Positions 49,841-62,604 of a DNA stretch of 64,000 nt are shown here, piece by piece; position 1 is the first letter of the stretch; each line of letters starts with the position of its first letter. Both the position numbers and the translations under genes were made by a program. The stretch comes from an uncultured Collinsella sp. (lineage in GTDB: Bacteria; Actinomycetota; Coriobacteriia; Coriobacteriales; Coriobacteriaceae), in NCBI GenBank assembly GCA_902479075.1, contig CABSNK010000012.1, forward strand, positions 10,498 to 74,497, given 5' to 3'. The notes beneath the pieces were generated by a model. That model worked only from the letters and a program-made list of their open reading frames with translations, ran no database searches and was not told the DNA's origin.

Positions 49841-51346
49841 ATGGCGAACAACCATATTGCGGGCGCTGCCGCCCGCACCGTCGCGCCCAGCGAGCTGTGC
49901 CAGCGTATGCTGGCTAAAACCAGCAAGGGCACCTGCGGTCCCTGCATCCTGTATCTTGAGGATGGGACCATTTTTTATGGCCGTGCATGCGGTGCCGAGG
50001 GTACCGCAACCGGCGAGGTCTGCTTTAACACGTCGCTCGAGGGCTACTTTGAGGTCATGACCGACCCGAGCTATGCCGGCCAAATCGTAACCATGACCTA
50101 TCCGCAGATCGGCAACTACGGCATTGACGAGACCGATGTCCAGTCGGCCTTCCCCGGCGATACCGCTCGCCCCGCGAGCGCTCCCGCCATGCGCGGCATG
50201 GTCGTCCACGACATGTGCGCCACGCCTTCTAACTGGCGCTCGACCGTCAGCGTGCCGGAGTACCTGCGTGCACACGGCATCGTCGCTATCGAGGGCGTCG
50301 ACACCCGCGCTCTCGTGCGCCACCTGCGCGACAACGGTTCCAAGATGGGCATAATCTCGACGGAGATCTTCGACGTCGACGAGCTTGCCGAGCGCCTGTC
50401 CGCCGCGCCTACGCTGGTCGGCGAGAACCTGGTCAAGACCGTGAGCTGCCCTGAGCCCCATGCTTTTGCCGTGAGCGACCTGCCCGCTACGCATGACTTT
50501 GCGCTTGCCCCTACCGCTCCTGCCCGCCACAAAGTGGTCGCCTACGACTGCGGTGTCAAGCGCGGCATCCTGGAGGGCCTGGTTCGTGCTGGCTGCAACC
50601 TCACCGTCGTGCCGTGGGATACACCCGCGCGTCAGGTGCTCGACATGAATCCCGATGGCGTCTTTTTGTCCAACGGCCCCGGCGACCCCGATGCCGTGGT
50701 GGAGACCTACGAGCAGGTGCAGCAGCTAATCGGCAAGGTGCCGGTTTTTGGCATCTGCCTTGGTCACCAGACGATCAGCTTGGCATGCGGCGCCCAGATG
50801 GAAAAGCTCAAATTCGGTCACCGTGGTGGCAACCAGCCGGTTATGAATCTGGTCAGCCGCCGTGTGGAGATCACCGCGCAAAACCACGGCTTTGGCCTGT
50901 TGTTCCCCAGCTTGGGCAAGCTTGTCCCCGAGCTTTCGGGCGGCGAGACCGAGCACGCGGCCGATGGCGATCTGCGCGTCTGGGTGCGCCGCGGTATCGC
51001 GCCGGTCGTGATGAACGAGCGTTTCGGCCGCATTCGCCTGACGCATGTGAATCTCAATGACGGCACCGCCGAGGGCATTCAGCTGCTCGATGCGCCGTGC
51101 TTCTCGGTCCAGTACCATCCCGAGGCATCGCCCGGCCCCACCGATGCTCACTATCTCTTTACCGCCTTTACGCGACTCATGGACGGCGAGGAGAACTATC
51201 TGGACATCGATACCGCCAAGGACCGCCTTGCCGGCTGGAATTTCGCCGATAGTGGTTCCGCCGTTCTACCGAACGGCGGACCTGTCGACGCTGCGGCTGC
51301 ATCTGGCACATCATCTTGCCGTTCTGCTTCGGACGCGCGGGCATAA
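49841..51346 (+). CDS. carA: Carbamoyl-phosphate synthase small (glutaminase) subunit, with N- and C-terminal extensions
   Basis: GEVCFNTSLEGYFEVMTDPSYAGQIVTMTYPQIGNYG, GICLGHQ, HGFG. GAAGGAG RBS. Confidence 0.92.
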   Translation: MANNHIAGAAARTVAPSELCQRMLAKTSKGTCGPCILYLEDGTIFYGRACGAEGTATGEVCFNTSLEGYFEVMTDPSYAGQIVTMTYPQIGNYGIDETDVQSAFPGDTARPASAPAMRGMVVHDMCATPSNWRSTVSVPEYLRAHGIVAIEGVDTRALVRHLRDNGSKMGIISTEIFDVDELAERLSAAPTLVGENLVKTVSCPEPHAFAVSDLPATHDFALAPTAPARHKVVAYDCGVKRGILEGLVRAGCNLTVVPWDTPARQVLDMNPDGVFLSNGPGDPDAVVETYEQVQQLIGKVPVFGICLGHQTISLACGAQMEKLKFGHRGGNQPVMNLVSRRVEITAQNHGFGLLFPSLGKLVPELSGGETEHAADGDLRVWVRRGIAPVVMNERFGRIRLTHVNLNDGTAEGIQLLDAPCFSVQYHPEASPGPTDAHYLFTAFTRLMDGEENYLDIDTAKDRLAGWNFADSGSAVLPNGGPVDAAAASGTSSCRSASDARA

Positions 51347-51444
51347 GCCCAGCGCGCCCTCGCATCACGGCAACCTGATGCACCAGCTGCACCCTCGCTG
51401 ACTTTTCCAAAACATTGAGTCAGCCTCTCTAGGAGGTTTTAAAC

Positions 51445-54759
<3,315 letters not shown>

Positions 54760-54771
54760 TGTGACCTGTCC

Positions 54772-54862
54772 GGCCGGGGCGGGAGGGGCTGAGATTTCCC
54801 CCTTTCGCTCCGGCTGCAAGCAGAGTCGCTCAGGAGGAAACTCAGCCCCTCCCGCCCCGGCC
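54772..54862. repeat. 22-bp perfect inverted repeat, GC-rich, 47-nt loop
   Basis: GGCCGGGGCGGGAGGGGCTGAG (54772-54793) pairs with CTCAGCCCCTCCCGCCCCGGCC (54841-54862). Confidence 0.9.
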
Positions 54863-54935
54863 TGTGGTGACTTGGCTGCACCGTGTGCTGCCGAAGGGGC
54901 TTTGTGCGATGACTAGGGCTGAATAAAAAGTGAGT

Positions 54936-54971
54936 GTGGGCTCCGCCGTTCGTTCGAACGGCGGAGCCCAC
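54936..54971. repeat. 17-bp perfect-stem palindrome
   Basis: GTGGGCTCCGCCGTTCG-TT-CGAACGGCGGAGCCCAC. Confidence 0.9.
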
Positions 54972-55013
54972 GTTAATATTTCAGCCAACGTACGTCATAG
55001 CAATCCCCGGTAG

Positions 55014-55117
55014 GTCCCCGGGTGCCCCGCGGCGGGCTGGGTTTATTATCTGAGCGACTTTGCGAAGCAAGGGGAGCGAAGATAATAAACCCAGCCCGCC
55101 GCGGGGCACCCGGGGAC
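55014..55117. repeat. 38-bp perfect inverted repeat with a 28-nt loop
   Basis: GTCCCCGGGTGCCCCGCGGCGGGCTGGGTTTATTATCT (55014-55051) is the exact reverse complement of 55080-55117. Confidence 0.92.
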
Positions 55118-55204
55118 CGCAGGGACGGGAGCAGCTATACTACTCTCAGTAGTTAAGGGTCGCGGATCCGCCGCGTCGCCGCTCTCAACAGGAGGTCTTT
55201 GTTT

Positions 55205-55669
55205 ATGGCAGATCAAAAGCCGGTCGTCGGGATCATCATGGGTTCCAAGTCCGATCTGGGCGTTATGGAAGGCTGCACCGCCGAGCTCGAGGCGCTTGGT
55301 GTGCCCTATGAGCTCGTCATTGCGAGCGCACACCGCACGCCGGCAAAGGTCCACGAGTGGGCCTCGACTGCTGCCGATCGCGGTATTAAAGTGATTATCG
55401 CCGCCGCCGGCAAGGCCGCTCACCTGGGTGGTGTCGTGGCTGCCTTTACGCCGCTGCCGGTTATCGGCGTGCCTATGAAGACGAGTGACCTGGGCGGTAT
55501 GGACTCGCTGCTGTCGATGGTGCAGATGCCTTCGGGCGTGCCCGTGGCCTGCGTTGCCATCAACGGCGCCAAGAACGCCGCCATCTATGCCACGCAGATT
55601 CTGGGTGCTTGCGACCCCGAGTACCGCAAGGTTATCGAGAAAATGAAGCAGGAGATGGCCGACGCCTAA
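55205..55669 (+). CDS. purE: N5-carboxyaminoimidazole ribonucleotide mutase
   Basis: VVGIIMGSKSDLGVM...ASAHRTP...AAGKAAHLGGVVA. AGGAGG RBS. Possible -10 TATACT at 55136-55141. Confidence 0.94.
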   Translation: MADQKPVVGIIMGSKSDLGVMEGCTAELEALGVPYELVIASAHRTPAKVHEWASTAADRGIKVIIAAAGKAAHLGGVVAAFTPLPVIGVPMKTSDLGGMDSLLSMVQMPSGVPVACVAINGAKNAAIYATQILGACDPEYRKVIEKMKQEMADA

Positions 55670-55705
55670 GCGGCTTGCCATTCCGCTGTAATCATAGGGA
55701 GAGTC

Positions 55706-56710
55706 ATGTCCGACTATCAGGGAAAACGTTTCTCGGCTTCTCAGATCCCCGATCCATCCAAGTCGGGATCGGCCCGCTCCATGCAGCAGGGTCGGGCATC
55801 CTCTCCTCAACAGGCTCGTGCGCCGCGCCCCGTAACGCCGACGTCCCATCGCCGTCAGGATACGCCGGCTGCGTATCGCCCCTCGTCATATGGCACGGCA
55901 AAGAAGCGGACCCGGACGACGAGGCAACCGAGCGGCGCTCCGTCCAGCTACACCGAGCCGCCGCGCAAGAAACGCCGCTCCATCATCCCCATTCTGCTCA
56001 TCATCGTGGGCATCGGTCTGATTGTCGCCGCCGCCGCCATCTTTATCAATGCTCAGATTGGCTATAAGCAGGCGAGCGATTCATACCAGAAAATCGAGAA
56101 GCAATATGTAAGCGATAAGGACGCCAGCGGCGTGCCGATTATCGACTTCGATGCGCTTGCTCAGACAAACCCCGAGATTGTGGGTTGGATTTACGTGCCG
56201 GGAACCAACATCAACTATCCCGTGGTGCAGACCAACAACAACTCCAAATACCTCAACACGCTGTTCGACGGTACGGCCAATGCGTCCGGGGCCATTTTCC
56301 TGGATAGCGATGACACCGCGCCGGGAATGGTTGACCAGCAGACCACGATCTACGGCCACCACATGAATGACGGGTCGATGTTCAACGTGATTTCGGACAC
56401 CACCGACCAAGCGACATTCGATAGCATCGAGTACGTGTATTACATCACGCGCGATGCAACGTATAAGCTGCGACCGCTGGCGACCAAGGTCGTCGAGGAT
56501 ACGTATGCCAAGGCGCGCACGCCTAATTTTGAGGGTGACGACGGGCTCAAGAACTACCTGTCCGAGATGCTCGACGGTGCTTCGGCAGTGGCGAGTGATG
56601 CAGGCGATCGCGCTGCCTCGGCAACCAAGGTCGTGACGCTCGTGACCTGTCGCTCGCTGTCATTTAGCAATACGCGCGCCGTCATGGTGCTCACGCCGGT
56701 CGAGGAATAG
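55706..56710 (+). CDS. Class B-type sortase with a long basic/P-rich cytoplasmic N-terminus and a TM anchor
   Basis: IVGWIYVPGTNINYPVVQTNNNSKYL, TIYGHHM, VVTLVTCRS (catalytic Cys). Confidence 0.82.
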   Translation: MSDYQGKRFSASQIPDPSKSGSARSMQQGRASSPQQARAPRPVTPTSHRRQDTPAAYRPSSYGTAKKRTRTTRQPSGAPSSYTEPPRKKRRSIIPILLIIVGIGLIVAAAAIFINAQIGYKQASDSYQKIEKQYVSDKDASGVPIIDFDALAQTNPEIVGWIYVPGTNINYPVVQTNNNSKYLNTLFDGTANASGAIFLDSDDTAPGMVDQQTTIYGHHMNDGSMFNVISDTTDQATFDSIEYVYYITRDATYKLRPLATKVVEDTYAKARTPNFEGDDGLKNYLSEMLDGASAVASDAGDRAASATKVVTLVTCRSLSFSNTRAVMVLTPVEE

Positions 56711-56778
56711 ATTGTTAAGAGTAGCTAAAAGAGCCCCGTCCCAAATGAGCTGCTCGATGACGGTAAAAGGAGGAAATG

Positions 56779-57195
56779 ATGCTCGAGAATGGCAAAACGA
56801 TGCCTTCGATTGATGCTTGGCTGCGCGAGGCCAAAGCCGATTCGTCGGCGCCTGCGTGCGGTATGTATCTGACGCATAACGGTGTGGTGCGTGCGACGCC
56901 CAAGGCTGAGGTGCGCGGAGTTGAGACCGGTGGCGTGGCGCCGGGCCACAAGGTGGGCGGCATGGTCTTTGACTGCGACGCCGAAAAGGTGCGGTCTGCT
57001 ATCGAAGCCACGCGCGCGATGCCCGGCATCGGCTATGTGCGCGTGTGGCTGGCGAGCGGCGAGCTTTCCGTGGGCGACGATATCATGCTCGTGCTCATTG
57101 GCGGAGACATTCGTCCGCACGTGGTCGATGCCCTGCAGTCGCTTGTCGGCACCATCAAGAATGAATGCGTGAACGAGGTAGAGCGCGAGGCATAG
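56779..57195 (+). CDS. MoaE-like small protein (tentative)
   Basis: GMYLTHNGVVR...GELSVGDDIMLVLIGGDIRPHVVDAL..LV..IK resembles the molybdopterin synthase large-subunit fold. Second ATG chosen (AAGGAGG 5 nt upstream). Confidence 0.45.
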   Translation: MLENGKTMPSIDAWLREAKADSSAPACGMYLTHNGVVRATPKAEVRGVETGGVAPGHKVGGMVFDCDAEKVRSAIEATRAMPGIGYVRVWLASGELSVGDDIMLVLIGGDIRPHVVDALQSLVGTIKNECVNEVEREA

Positions 57196-57230
57196 GGCTT
57201 TGCGATCGATTCGAGCCCATCTGTAGCAAG

Positions 57231-57266
57231 AGCCCGCTGGCAGTTAGATTGAACTGCCAGCGGGCT
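57231..57266. terminator. 15-bp stem hairpin between convergent genes (no U-tract)
   Basis: AGCCCGCTGGCAGTT-AGATTG-AACTGCCAGCGGGCT. Confidence 0.6.
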
Positions 57267-57304
57267 TACTTGTCCGTTGGAACCGACTTGCAGCAGCGCC
57301 AGCG

Positions 57305-58534
57305 CTATACGCGTGTGGCGTCCTTGGGGCTCATGGTCATGCTCTGGAAGCGATTTTCCATGTATTCATTATCGAAATACTTGCCGTAGAACTGCGCGAC
57401 GGGAATATCCGGCTCCGTGCCGTTGACGCGCTGGTACCAGTAGTCGAGCGACTGCAGCGTCATGACGCCGTCGACCAGCATAATGACGGTAAAGATGACG
57501 GTAGCCGAGTAGCGGCTCTTCCACGGAATCATGTTGATGAGCTTGAGCAGCCTCGGCAGCAGCAACTTGATCCAGATAAGGCCACCCAGGCCCCACAGGC
57601 AGGCAAAGCCCGTGCAGGTGCGTCCGCCCGTAAGGACGGCGAGTGGGTCGGGCATGCCGAACAGCTTCATGTGCGAGTAGCTCCACGAGACCACGCCAAA
57701 TGAGGTCTGCATAAACCAGCCCACGAACACCTCAAAGCTCGCGCCGAGCACAGCGCTTACCAGGAAAATGATGATGGGGTTCTTTTTATAGAAGCGGTTG
57801 AGCACCATGGTCATGAGTACGGCGCCAAAGCCATAGATGGGGCTGAAGGGACCGAACAGCATGCCGGCGCGGTCCTGGTAGACGCCTGGGTCGTCGACCG
57901 TCATGTGCCAGATGTCCTCGGCAATCAGGCCGAGCACGCAGCAGACGAGGAATACCCAGAACAGGTTGAAGTAGTTGAGCTTGACGTAGCCTTCGCCGGT
58001 CTCATCGCGGCCGAGCATGCCCTCGGCGGCGGCGTCGCGATCGAGCATTTCCTGCAGGCGGCGCTGCAGCTCGCGCTCCTGACGAAGCGTGGGGTCAACG
58101 GTGGCCGAAAGCGCAACGAGGATGCCGAGCTGGATGGCGGGGCGCAGCAAGAACGGCCCGATACCCTGGAGCATCACGTCGACCAAAAGCTCGACGACGG
58201 TAAATGCGATAAGGATATAGGACAGGCGCGCGGCGTTGCGGCGCTGGTTCTTGATAAGGTCCAGGCCGAAGATGATTAAGATGACCGCGCTCGCCGCCGA
58301 GAGCATGATGCCGGCGACGATAAGGCCGACCGCGACGAGCGTGTTGTCGCCGAGCTTGGCGGCGGCGTTGCCGTTGATGAGTGCGGTGATGACCTGCCAC
58401 ATAAAGGCGGCGACCGACGGGAGCGTACCCACGCCGGACAGGATGCACAGGACGGCGTACACCTTAATGATGAGGGGGATCTTCTTGACCTCCGTGGCGC
58501 TGGGGACGCTGGGGTCGAGTTCGTTTCGATCCAT
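57305..58534 (-). CDS. Polytopic membrane protein; the C-terminal half resembles the 'putative ABC-transporter type IV' (PF06541-like) family
   Basis: About 9 hydrophobic helices. MLFGPFSPIYGFGAVLM motif. Coiled, charged middle segment. Confidence 0.5.
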   Translation of the reverse strand: MDRNELDPSVPSATEVKKIPLIIKVYAVLCILSGVGTLPSVAAFMWQVITALINGNAAAKLGDNTLVAVGLIVAGIMLSAASAVILIIFGLDLIKNQRRNAARLSYILIAFTVVELLVDVMLQGIGPFLLRPAIQLGILVALSATVDPTLRQERELQRRLQEMLDRDAAAEGMLGRDETGEGYVKLNYFNLFWVFLVCCVLGLIAEDIWHMTVDDPGVYQDRAGMLFGPFSPIYGFGAVLMTMVLNRFYKKNPIIIFLVSAVLGASFEVFVGWFMQTSFGVVSWSYSHMKLFGMPDPLAVLTGGRTCTGFACLWGLGGLIWIKLLLPRLLKLINMIPWKSRYSATVIFTVIMLVDGVMTLQSLDYWYQRVNGTEPDIPVAQFYGKYFDNEYMENRFQSMTMSPKDATRV

Positions 58535-58831
58535 ATAGAACCTTTCTCGTTTTGTCCTAGGCTACAAGGATACGCCGCCGACCTGCTAAAAGACAGGACG
58601 AACGTCCCAATTGCAGCAATGTAAGCCCTAACGGTCGCCGGGACGCGTCGCGACGGAAGCATACGGGGTCGTTGAGCGCGCGGGCGGGTTCCCCAATAAA
58701 ATGTTTGGCCGCAAAACGGATTATAAGCTCGGTGGGCTTTTAAAAAGCGCTGCTCATGCGCGGGAGTGCTTGTCTTACCGTGCGTATAATAGGGCGGGTA
58801 ACGCCAAATAACGAGGCTCTGAGGGGATGCC

Positions 58832-60502
58832 ATGTCTCAAGAAACCATCCGCGCGGCCGAGCGTGCCACGGGACAGGTGACGACCATGTCGACGTATGAT
58901 CCGGACTCCGACCAGCTGCATGAGGAATGCGGCATCTTTGGTGTGTGGGCACCCGATCGCGATGTGGCTCGGCTGACGTACTTTGGTCTGCGCGCGTTGC
59001 AGCATCGCGGCCAGGAATCGGCGGGAATCGCCGTGGGCGATGGTGGCACGGTTATGGTTCGTAAAGACCTGGGACTGCTCGATCGCGTGTTCTCCAACGC
59101 CGACCTGTCGACGCTCTCCGGCCAGCTGGCCGTGGGCCACGTGCGCTATGGAACTGCCGGCGCCAAGAGTTGGGAAGCCTCGCAGCCGCATCTTTCTACC
59201 ATCAACAGCGTCATCATCGCACTTGCTCACAACGGCACTCTGGTCAACACCGACGAGCTGCGCCGTCAGCTGATCGAGCTGGGCGTGCCGTTCCTCTCCA
59301 ATTCGGATTCCGAGGTCGCGACCAAGCTTATCGGCTACTTCACCCAGCGTACGGGCCACCTGCGCGAGGGCATTCGCAAGACCATGGAGCTCGTGCGCGG
59401 CGGTTACGCCATGACACTCATCAACGAGCAGGCGCTCTACGCTTTCCGCGACCCGCATGGCATTCGCCCGCTGGTGCTGGGCAAGCTCGTGGACGAGGGT
59501 TTGGACCAGGCCGACGCCGCTTCTGTTTCGCAGCTGCCCTCGCAAGACGGTGCCTCGACGGTCGACTCCGCCGTCCATGTCACGCGCGCCGGCGGCTGGG
59601 TCGTTGCTTCCGAGACATGCGCACTCGATATCGTGGGCGCCGAGTATGTCCGTGATGTCCGCCCCGGCGAGATCTTGCGCATCAGCGCCGAGGGCCTGGT
59701 GTCCGAGCAGGGCGTGCCCGCAGCCGAAGAGTCCGCCAACTGCATCTTTGAGCAGGTCTACTTTGCCCGCCCCGACTCAATCATGAACGGCAAGAGTGTT
59801 TACGCCTGCCGTTACGACATGGGTCGCCAGCTGGCACACGAGGAGCCCGTCGAGGCCGACCTGGTCATTGGCGTGCCCGACTCCGGCCTGCCGCCCGCGG
59901 AGGGCTATTCGCACGAGAGCGGCATTCCCTTTGGCGAGGGCCTCATCAAGAATCGCTATGTAGGCCGTACGTTTATCGAGCCCACGCAGGAGCTGCGCGC
60001 CATGGGCGTGCGCATGAAGCTCAACCCGCTGCGTGACAACATCGAGGGCAAGCGCCTGGTCGTGATCGACGACTCCATCGTACGCGGCACCACCATGGTG
60101 CAGCTCGTCAAGATGCTGCGCAATGCCGGCGCCAAGGAGATTCACATCCGCATCAACTCGCCCGAGGTCATCTGGCCGTGCTTCTACGGTATCGATACCG
60201 ACGTGCAGTCGCAGCTCATCAGCGCCAACAAGACGGTCGAGGAGATCTGCGAGTATATCGGCGCCGATTCGCTGGCCTTCCTTTCGGTTGAGGGCTTGCT
60301 GAAGGTCATGCCCAAGGGTGGCTACTGCGATGCGTGCTTTACCGGCCGTTATCCCGTGGCGATTCCCGAGAGCTTTGGCCGCGACAAGTTCATGGAGGGC
60401 TTTAAGCCCCGCAACCTGGATAAGCCGCTGCACTTTGACGACGACGCCGTGGTCGAGAAATACGATGACCGCAGCTGGGAAGAGAAGCACGGCGAGGCCT
60501 AA
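58832..60502 (+). CDS. purF: Amidophosphoribosyltransferase (with N-terminal propeptide)
   Basis: CGIFGVWAP...FGLRALQHRGQESAGI Ntn Cys. PRTase motif VVIDDSIVRGTT. C-terminal Cys ligands CFYGID..CDACFTG. Confidence 0.94.
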   Translation: MSQETIRAAERATGQVTTMSTYDPDSDQLHEECGIFGVWAPDRDVARLTYFGLRALQHRGQESAGIAVGDGGTVMVRKDLGLLDRVFSNADLSTLSGQLAVGHVRYGTAGAKSWEASQPHLSTINSVIIALAHNGTLVNTDELRRQLIELGVPFLSNSDSEVATKLIGYFTQRTGHLREGIRKTMELVRGGYAMTLINEQALYAFRDPHGIRPLVLGKLVDEGLDQADAASVSQLPSQDGASTVDSAVHVTRAGGWVVASETCALDIVGAEYVRDVRPGEILRISAEGLVSEQGVPAAEESANCIFEQVYFARPDSIMNGKSVYACRYDMGRQLAHEEPVEADLVIGVPDSGLPPAEGYSHESGIPFGEGLIKNRYVGRTFIEPTQELRAMGVRMKLNPLRDNIEGKRLVVIDDSIVRGTTMVQLVKMLRNAGAKEIHIRINSPEVIWPCFYGIDTDVQSQLISANKTVEEICEYIGADSLAFLSVEGLLKVMPKGGYCDACFTGRYPVAIPESFGRDKFMEGFKPRNLDKPLHFDDDAVVEKYDDRSWEEKHGEA

Positions 60503-60657
60503 AACCTGCCATTTGGGGACAGGCTTATTTTGGTAGGTTTACCTGCTGTTTTGTTGATTGAGCGGCGCGCGTTGCCAGAATGCGCGCCGAAATGAACGCA
60601 ACTATGAGCACCGTTTGGCGCCCGGGCGGCGGACGGTAGTGGGAGAGGAAGGCTCAG

Positions 60658-61761
60658 ATGAGCGACAGCAAGCATGTGACGTATGAGGATGCCGGCGTCG
60701 ATACCGCCGAGGGCGGTCGCGCCGTCGACGCTATTAAGCAAATGGTTAAGGACACCAACCGCCCCGAGGTCATCGGCGGTATCGGTGGCTTTGGTGGCCT
60801 GTTCTCGGCCGCCGCACTTAAGGATATGAAAGACCCGATTCTGATCAGCGGTACCGACGGCGTGGGCACCAAACTCGTGCTCGCTCAGATTATGGACCGT
60901 CACGAGACGGTGGGCCAGGACCTGGTTGCCATGTGCGTCAACGACATTTTGGCTTCGGGTGCCGAGCCGCTGTTCTTCCTGGACTACGTTGCCATCGGCC
61001 ACATTGAGGCCGAGCACATGGCAAAGATCATCAAGGGCGTGGCCGACGGCTGCAAGCTCGCGGGCTGCGCGCTCGTGGGTGGCGAGATGGCCGAGCACCC
61101 CGGTGTCATGGCCCCCGCCGATTACGACCTCGCCGGCTTTACCGTGGGCGTCGTCGACCGTCCCAAGATGCTCGACCCCGCGAACGTCCGCCCCGGCGAC
61201 GTGATTCTGGGCCTGCCTTCCACCGGCGTGCACTCCAACGGCTACTCGCTCGTGCGCAAAGTCATTGGCGTTGACGGCATCAAGCCGGGCACGCCCGAGG
61301 CCGCCGCTAAGGCCGAGGAGCTGAGCCGCCCGCTCGAGGAGCTCGGCGGCGCATCGCTGGCCGACGCTCTGCTGGCTCCCACGCGCATCTACGTCAAGCC
61401 GGTTCTTGAGCTGCTGCGCGGCGGCGCTCCGGTGCACGCTATCGCCCACATCACCGGCGGCGGTATCACCGAGAACCTCAACCGCGCGCTTGCCGACGAC
61501 GTCGACGCCGTGGTCACCCGTAACGGTGCCGAGATGGGCTGGGACGTTCCGCCCGTCATCGCCTATGTGTCGCGCCAGGCCGAGCTCGCGCCCAACGAGG
61601 CGTGCAAGACCTTCAACATGGGCGTTGGCCTGTGCCTGATCGTCGCCCCCGAGGACGAGGCCGCGGTGACCGAGGCTCTGGTTGCGCTGGGCGAGAAGCC
61701 GTTCCGCGTGGGCGAGTGCGTCGAGGGTTCCGGTAAGGTCGTGTACTCCGATGAGCGCTAA
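60658..61761 (+). CDS. purM: Phosphoribosylformylglycinamidine cyclo-ligase (AIR synthetase)
   Basis: YEDAGVDTAEG, GGFGGLF, SGTDGVGTKL, CVNDILASGAEPLFFLDY. Confidence 0.94.
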   Translation: MSDSKHVTYEDAGVDTAEGGRAVDAIKQMVKDTNRPEVIGGIGGFGGLFSAAALKDMKDPILISGTDGVGTKLVLAQIMDRHETVGQDLVAMCVNDILASGAEPLFFLDYVAIGHIEAEHMAKIIKGVADGCKLAGCALVGGEMAEHPGVMAPADYDLAGFTVGVVDRPKMLDPANVRPGDVILGLPSTGVHSNGYSLVRKVIGVDGIKPGTPEAAAKAEELSRPLEELGGASLADALLAPTRIYVKPVLELLRGGAPVHAIAHITGGGITENLNRALADDVDAVVTRNGAEMGWDVPPVIAYVSRQAELAPNEACKTFNMGVGLCLIVAPEDEAAVTEALVALGEKPFRVGECVEGSGKVVYSDER

Positions 61762-62452
61762 CGAGCAGATGGCTGCCGCCGAGGGCCTGGACTTTGTGCC
61801 CTATACCCGTCCGACTGGCACCGATACGGCTGAGCCGCTCAAGATCGGTGTGCTTATCAGCGGCTCCGGCACCAATCTGCAGGCGCTGATCGACCTGATC
61901 GCCGCGGATAAGCTCAATGTCTCGATTGAGCTCGTGGTGTCGAGCCGTCCTTCGGCCAAGGGTCTGCAGCGTGCCGAGCGTGCGGGTATCCAGACGCTTA
62001 CACTGTCCAAGGATGTCTATGCCGACCCCATCGCCGCCGACGAGATCATCGCGCACGAGCTGCTCGAGCGCGGCTGCGAGTATGTGGTCATGGCCGGCTA
62101 CATGCGCATGGTGCATACGCCGCTGCTGGCGGCGTTTCCCAACCGCGTGGTCAACTTGCATCCGGCGCTGCTGCCGAGCTTTACCGGCGCGCATGCGATC
62201 GACGATGCCTTTGCGCGCGGCGTCAAGGTAACCGGTGTGACCGTGCATTTTGCCAACGAGATCTACGACAACGGCCCCATTATCGCCCAGCGCGCGCTGG
62301 CCGTCGAGGAAGGTTGGGATGTCGACACGCTCGAGGAGCACATCCACGCGATTGAGCATGTGCTGTATCCCGAGGTTGTTCAGATGCTCGCCGACGGCCG
62401 CGTCCACGTGCTGGAGAGCGGCAAGGTCGCAATTGATGCGCCCCGCGGCTAG
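61751..62452 (+). CDS. purN: Phosphoribosylglycinamide formyltransferase
   Basis: IGVLISGSGTNLQALID, NLHPALLPSFTGAHA, TVHFANEIYDNGPII. The start overlaps the purM stop by 11 nt. Confidence 0.92.
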   Translation: MSANEQMAAAEGLDFVPYTRPTGTDTAEPLKIGVLISGSGTNLQALIDLIAADKLNVSIELVVSSRPSAKGLQRAERAGIQTLTLSKDVYADPIAADEIIAHELLERGCEYVVMAGYMRMVHTPLLAAFPNRVVNLHPALLPSFTGAHAIDDAFARGVKVTGVTVHFANEIYDNGPIIAQRALAVEEGWDVDTLEEHIHAIEHVLYPEVVQMLADGRVHVLESGKVAIDAPRG

Positions 62453-62476
62453 TCGTGCACAGTACAATTTAGTTGA

Positions 62477-62528
62477 GTGGTCAGGGTGGTCATTGGCGCC
62501 AAGGCGCGCCTGACCACCTTTTGTTTTT
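62477..62528 (+). terminator. Rho-independent terminator after purN
   Basis: GTGGTCAGG...CCTGACCAC stem followed by CTTTTGTTTTT. Confidence 0.75.
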
Positions 62529-62535
62529 GGTGGTT

Positions 62536-62581
62536 ACCTGCGACGTTCTTGAATGACCGGTCGTTTAAGAACGTCGCAGGT
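62536..62581. promoter_or_regulatory. 15-bp perfect inverted repeat just upstream of the PTS EIIA gene (operator or 5'-UTR hairpin)
   Basis: ACCTGCGACGTTCTT (62536-62550) pairs with AAGAACGTCGCAGGT (62567-62581). Confidence 0.6.
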
Positions 62582-62604
62582 GACTAGGTGAGAGAGGTGA
62601 GCGC

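Noticed and set aside
54922-55146. Hypothetical minus-strand sRNA spanning the 38-bp IR, running from a TAGTAT -10 (reverse complement of 55137-55142) to the 54936-54971 hairpin followed by TTTTTATT
   Set aside because: The same hexamer reads TATACT on the plus strand and is better explained as the purE -10. No -35 is present, and the U-tract is 6 nt from the stem. I keep it only as something strand-specific RNA-seq could reveal.
58535-58831. Looked for purine or ZTP (pfl) riboswitches upstream of purF, purM, purE, purA and purD
   Set aside because: I found neither the CCGCCUGGGC pseudoknot segment of ZTP nor the conserved guanine-riboswitch junction sequences. The purF leader after the TATAAT at ~58785 is only ~35 nt.
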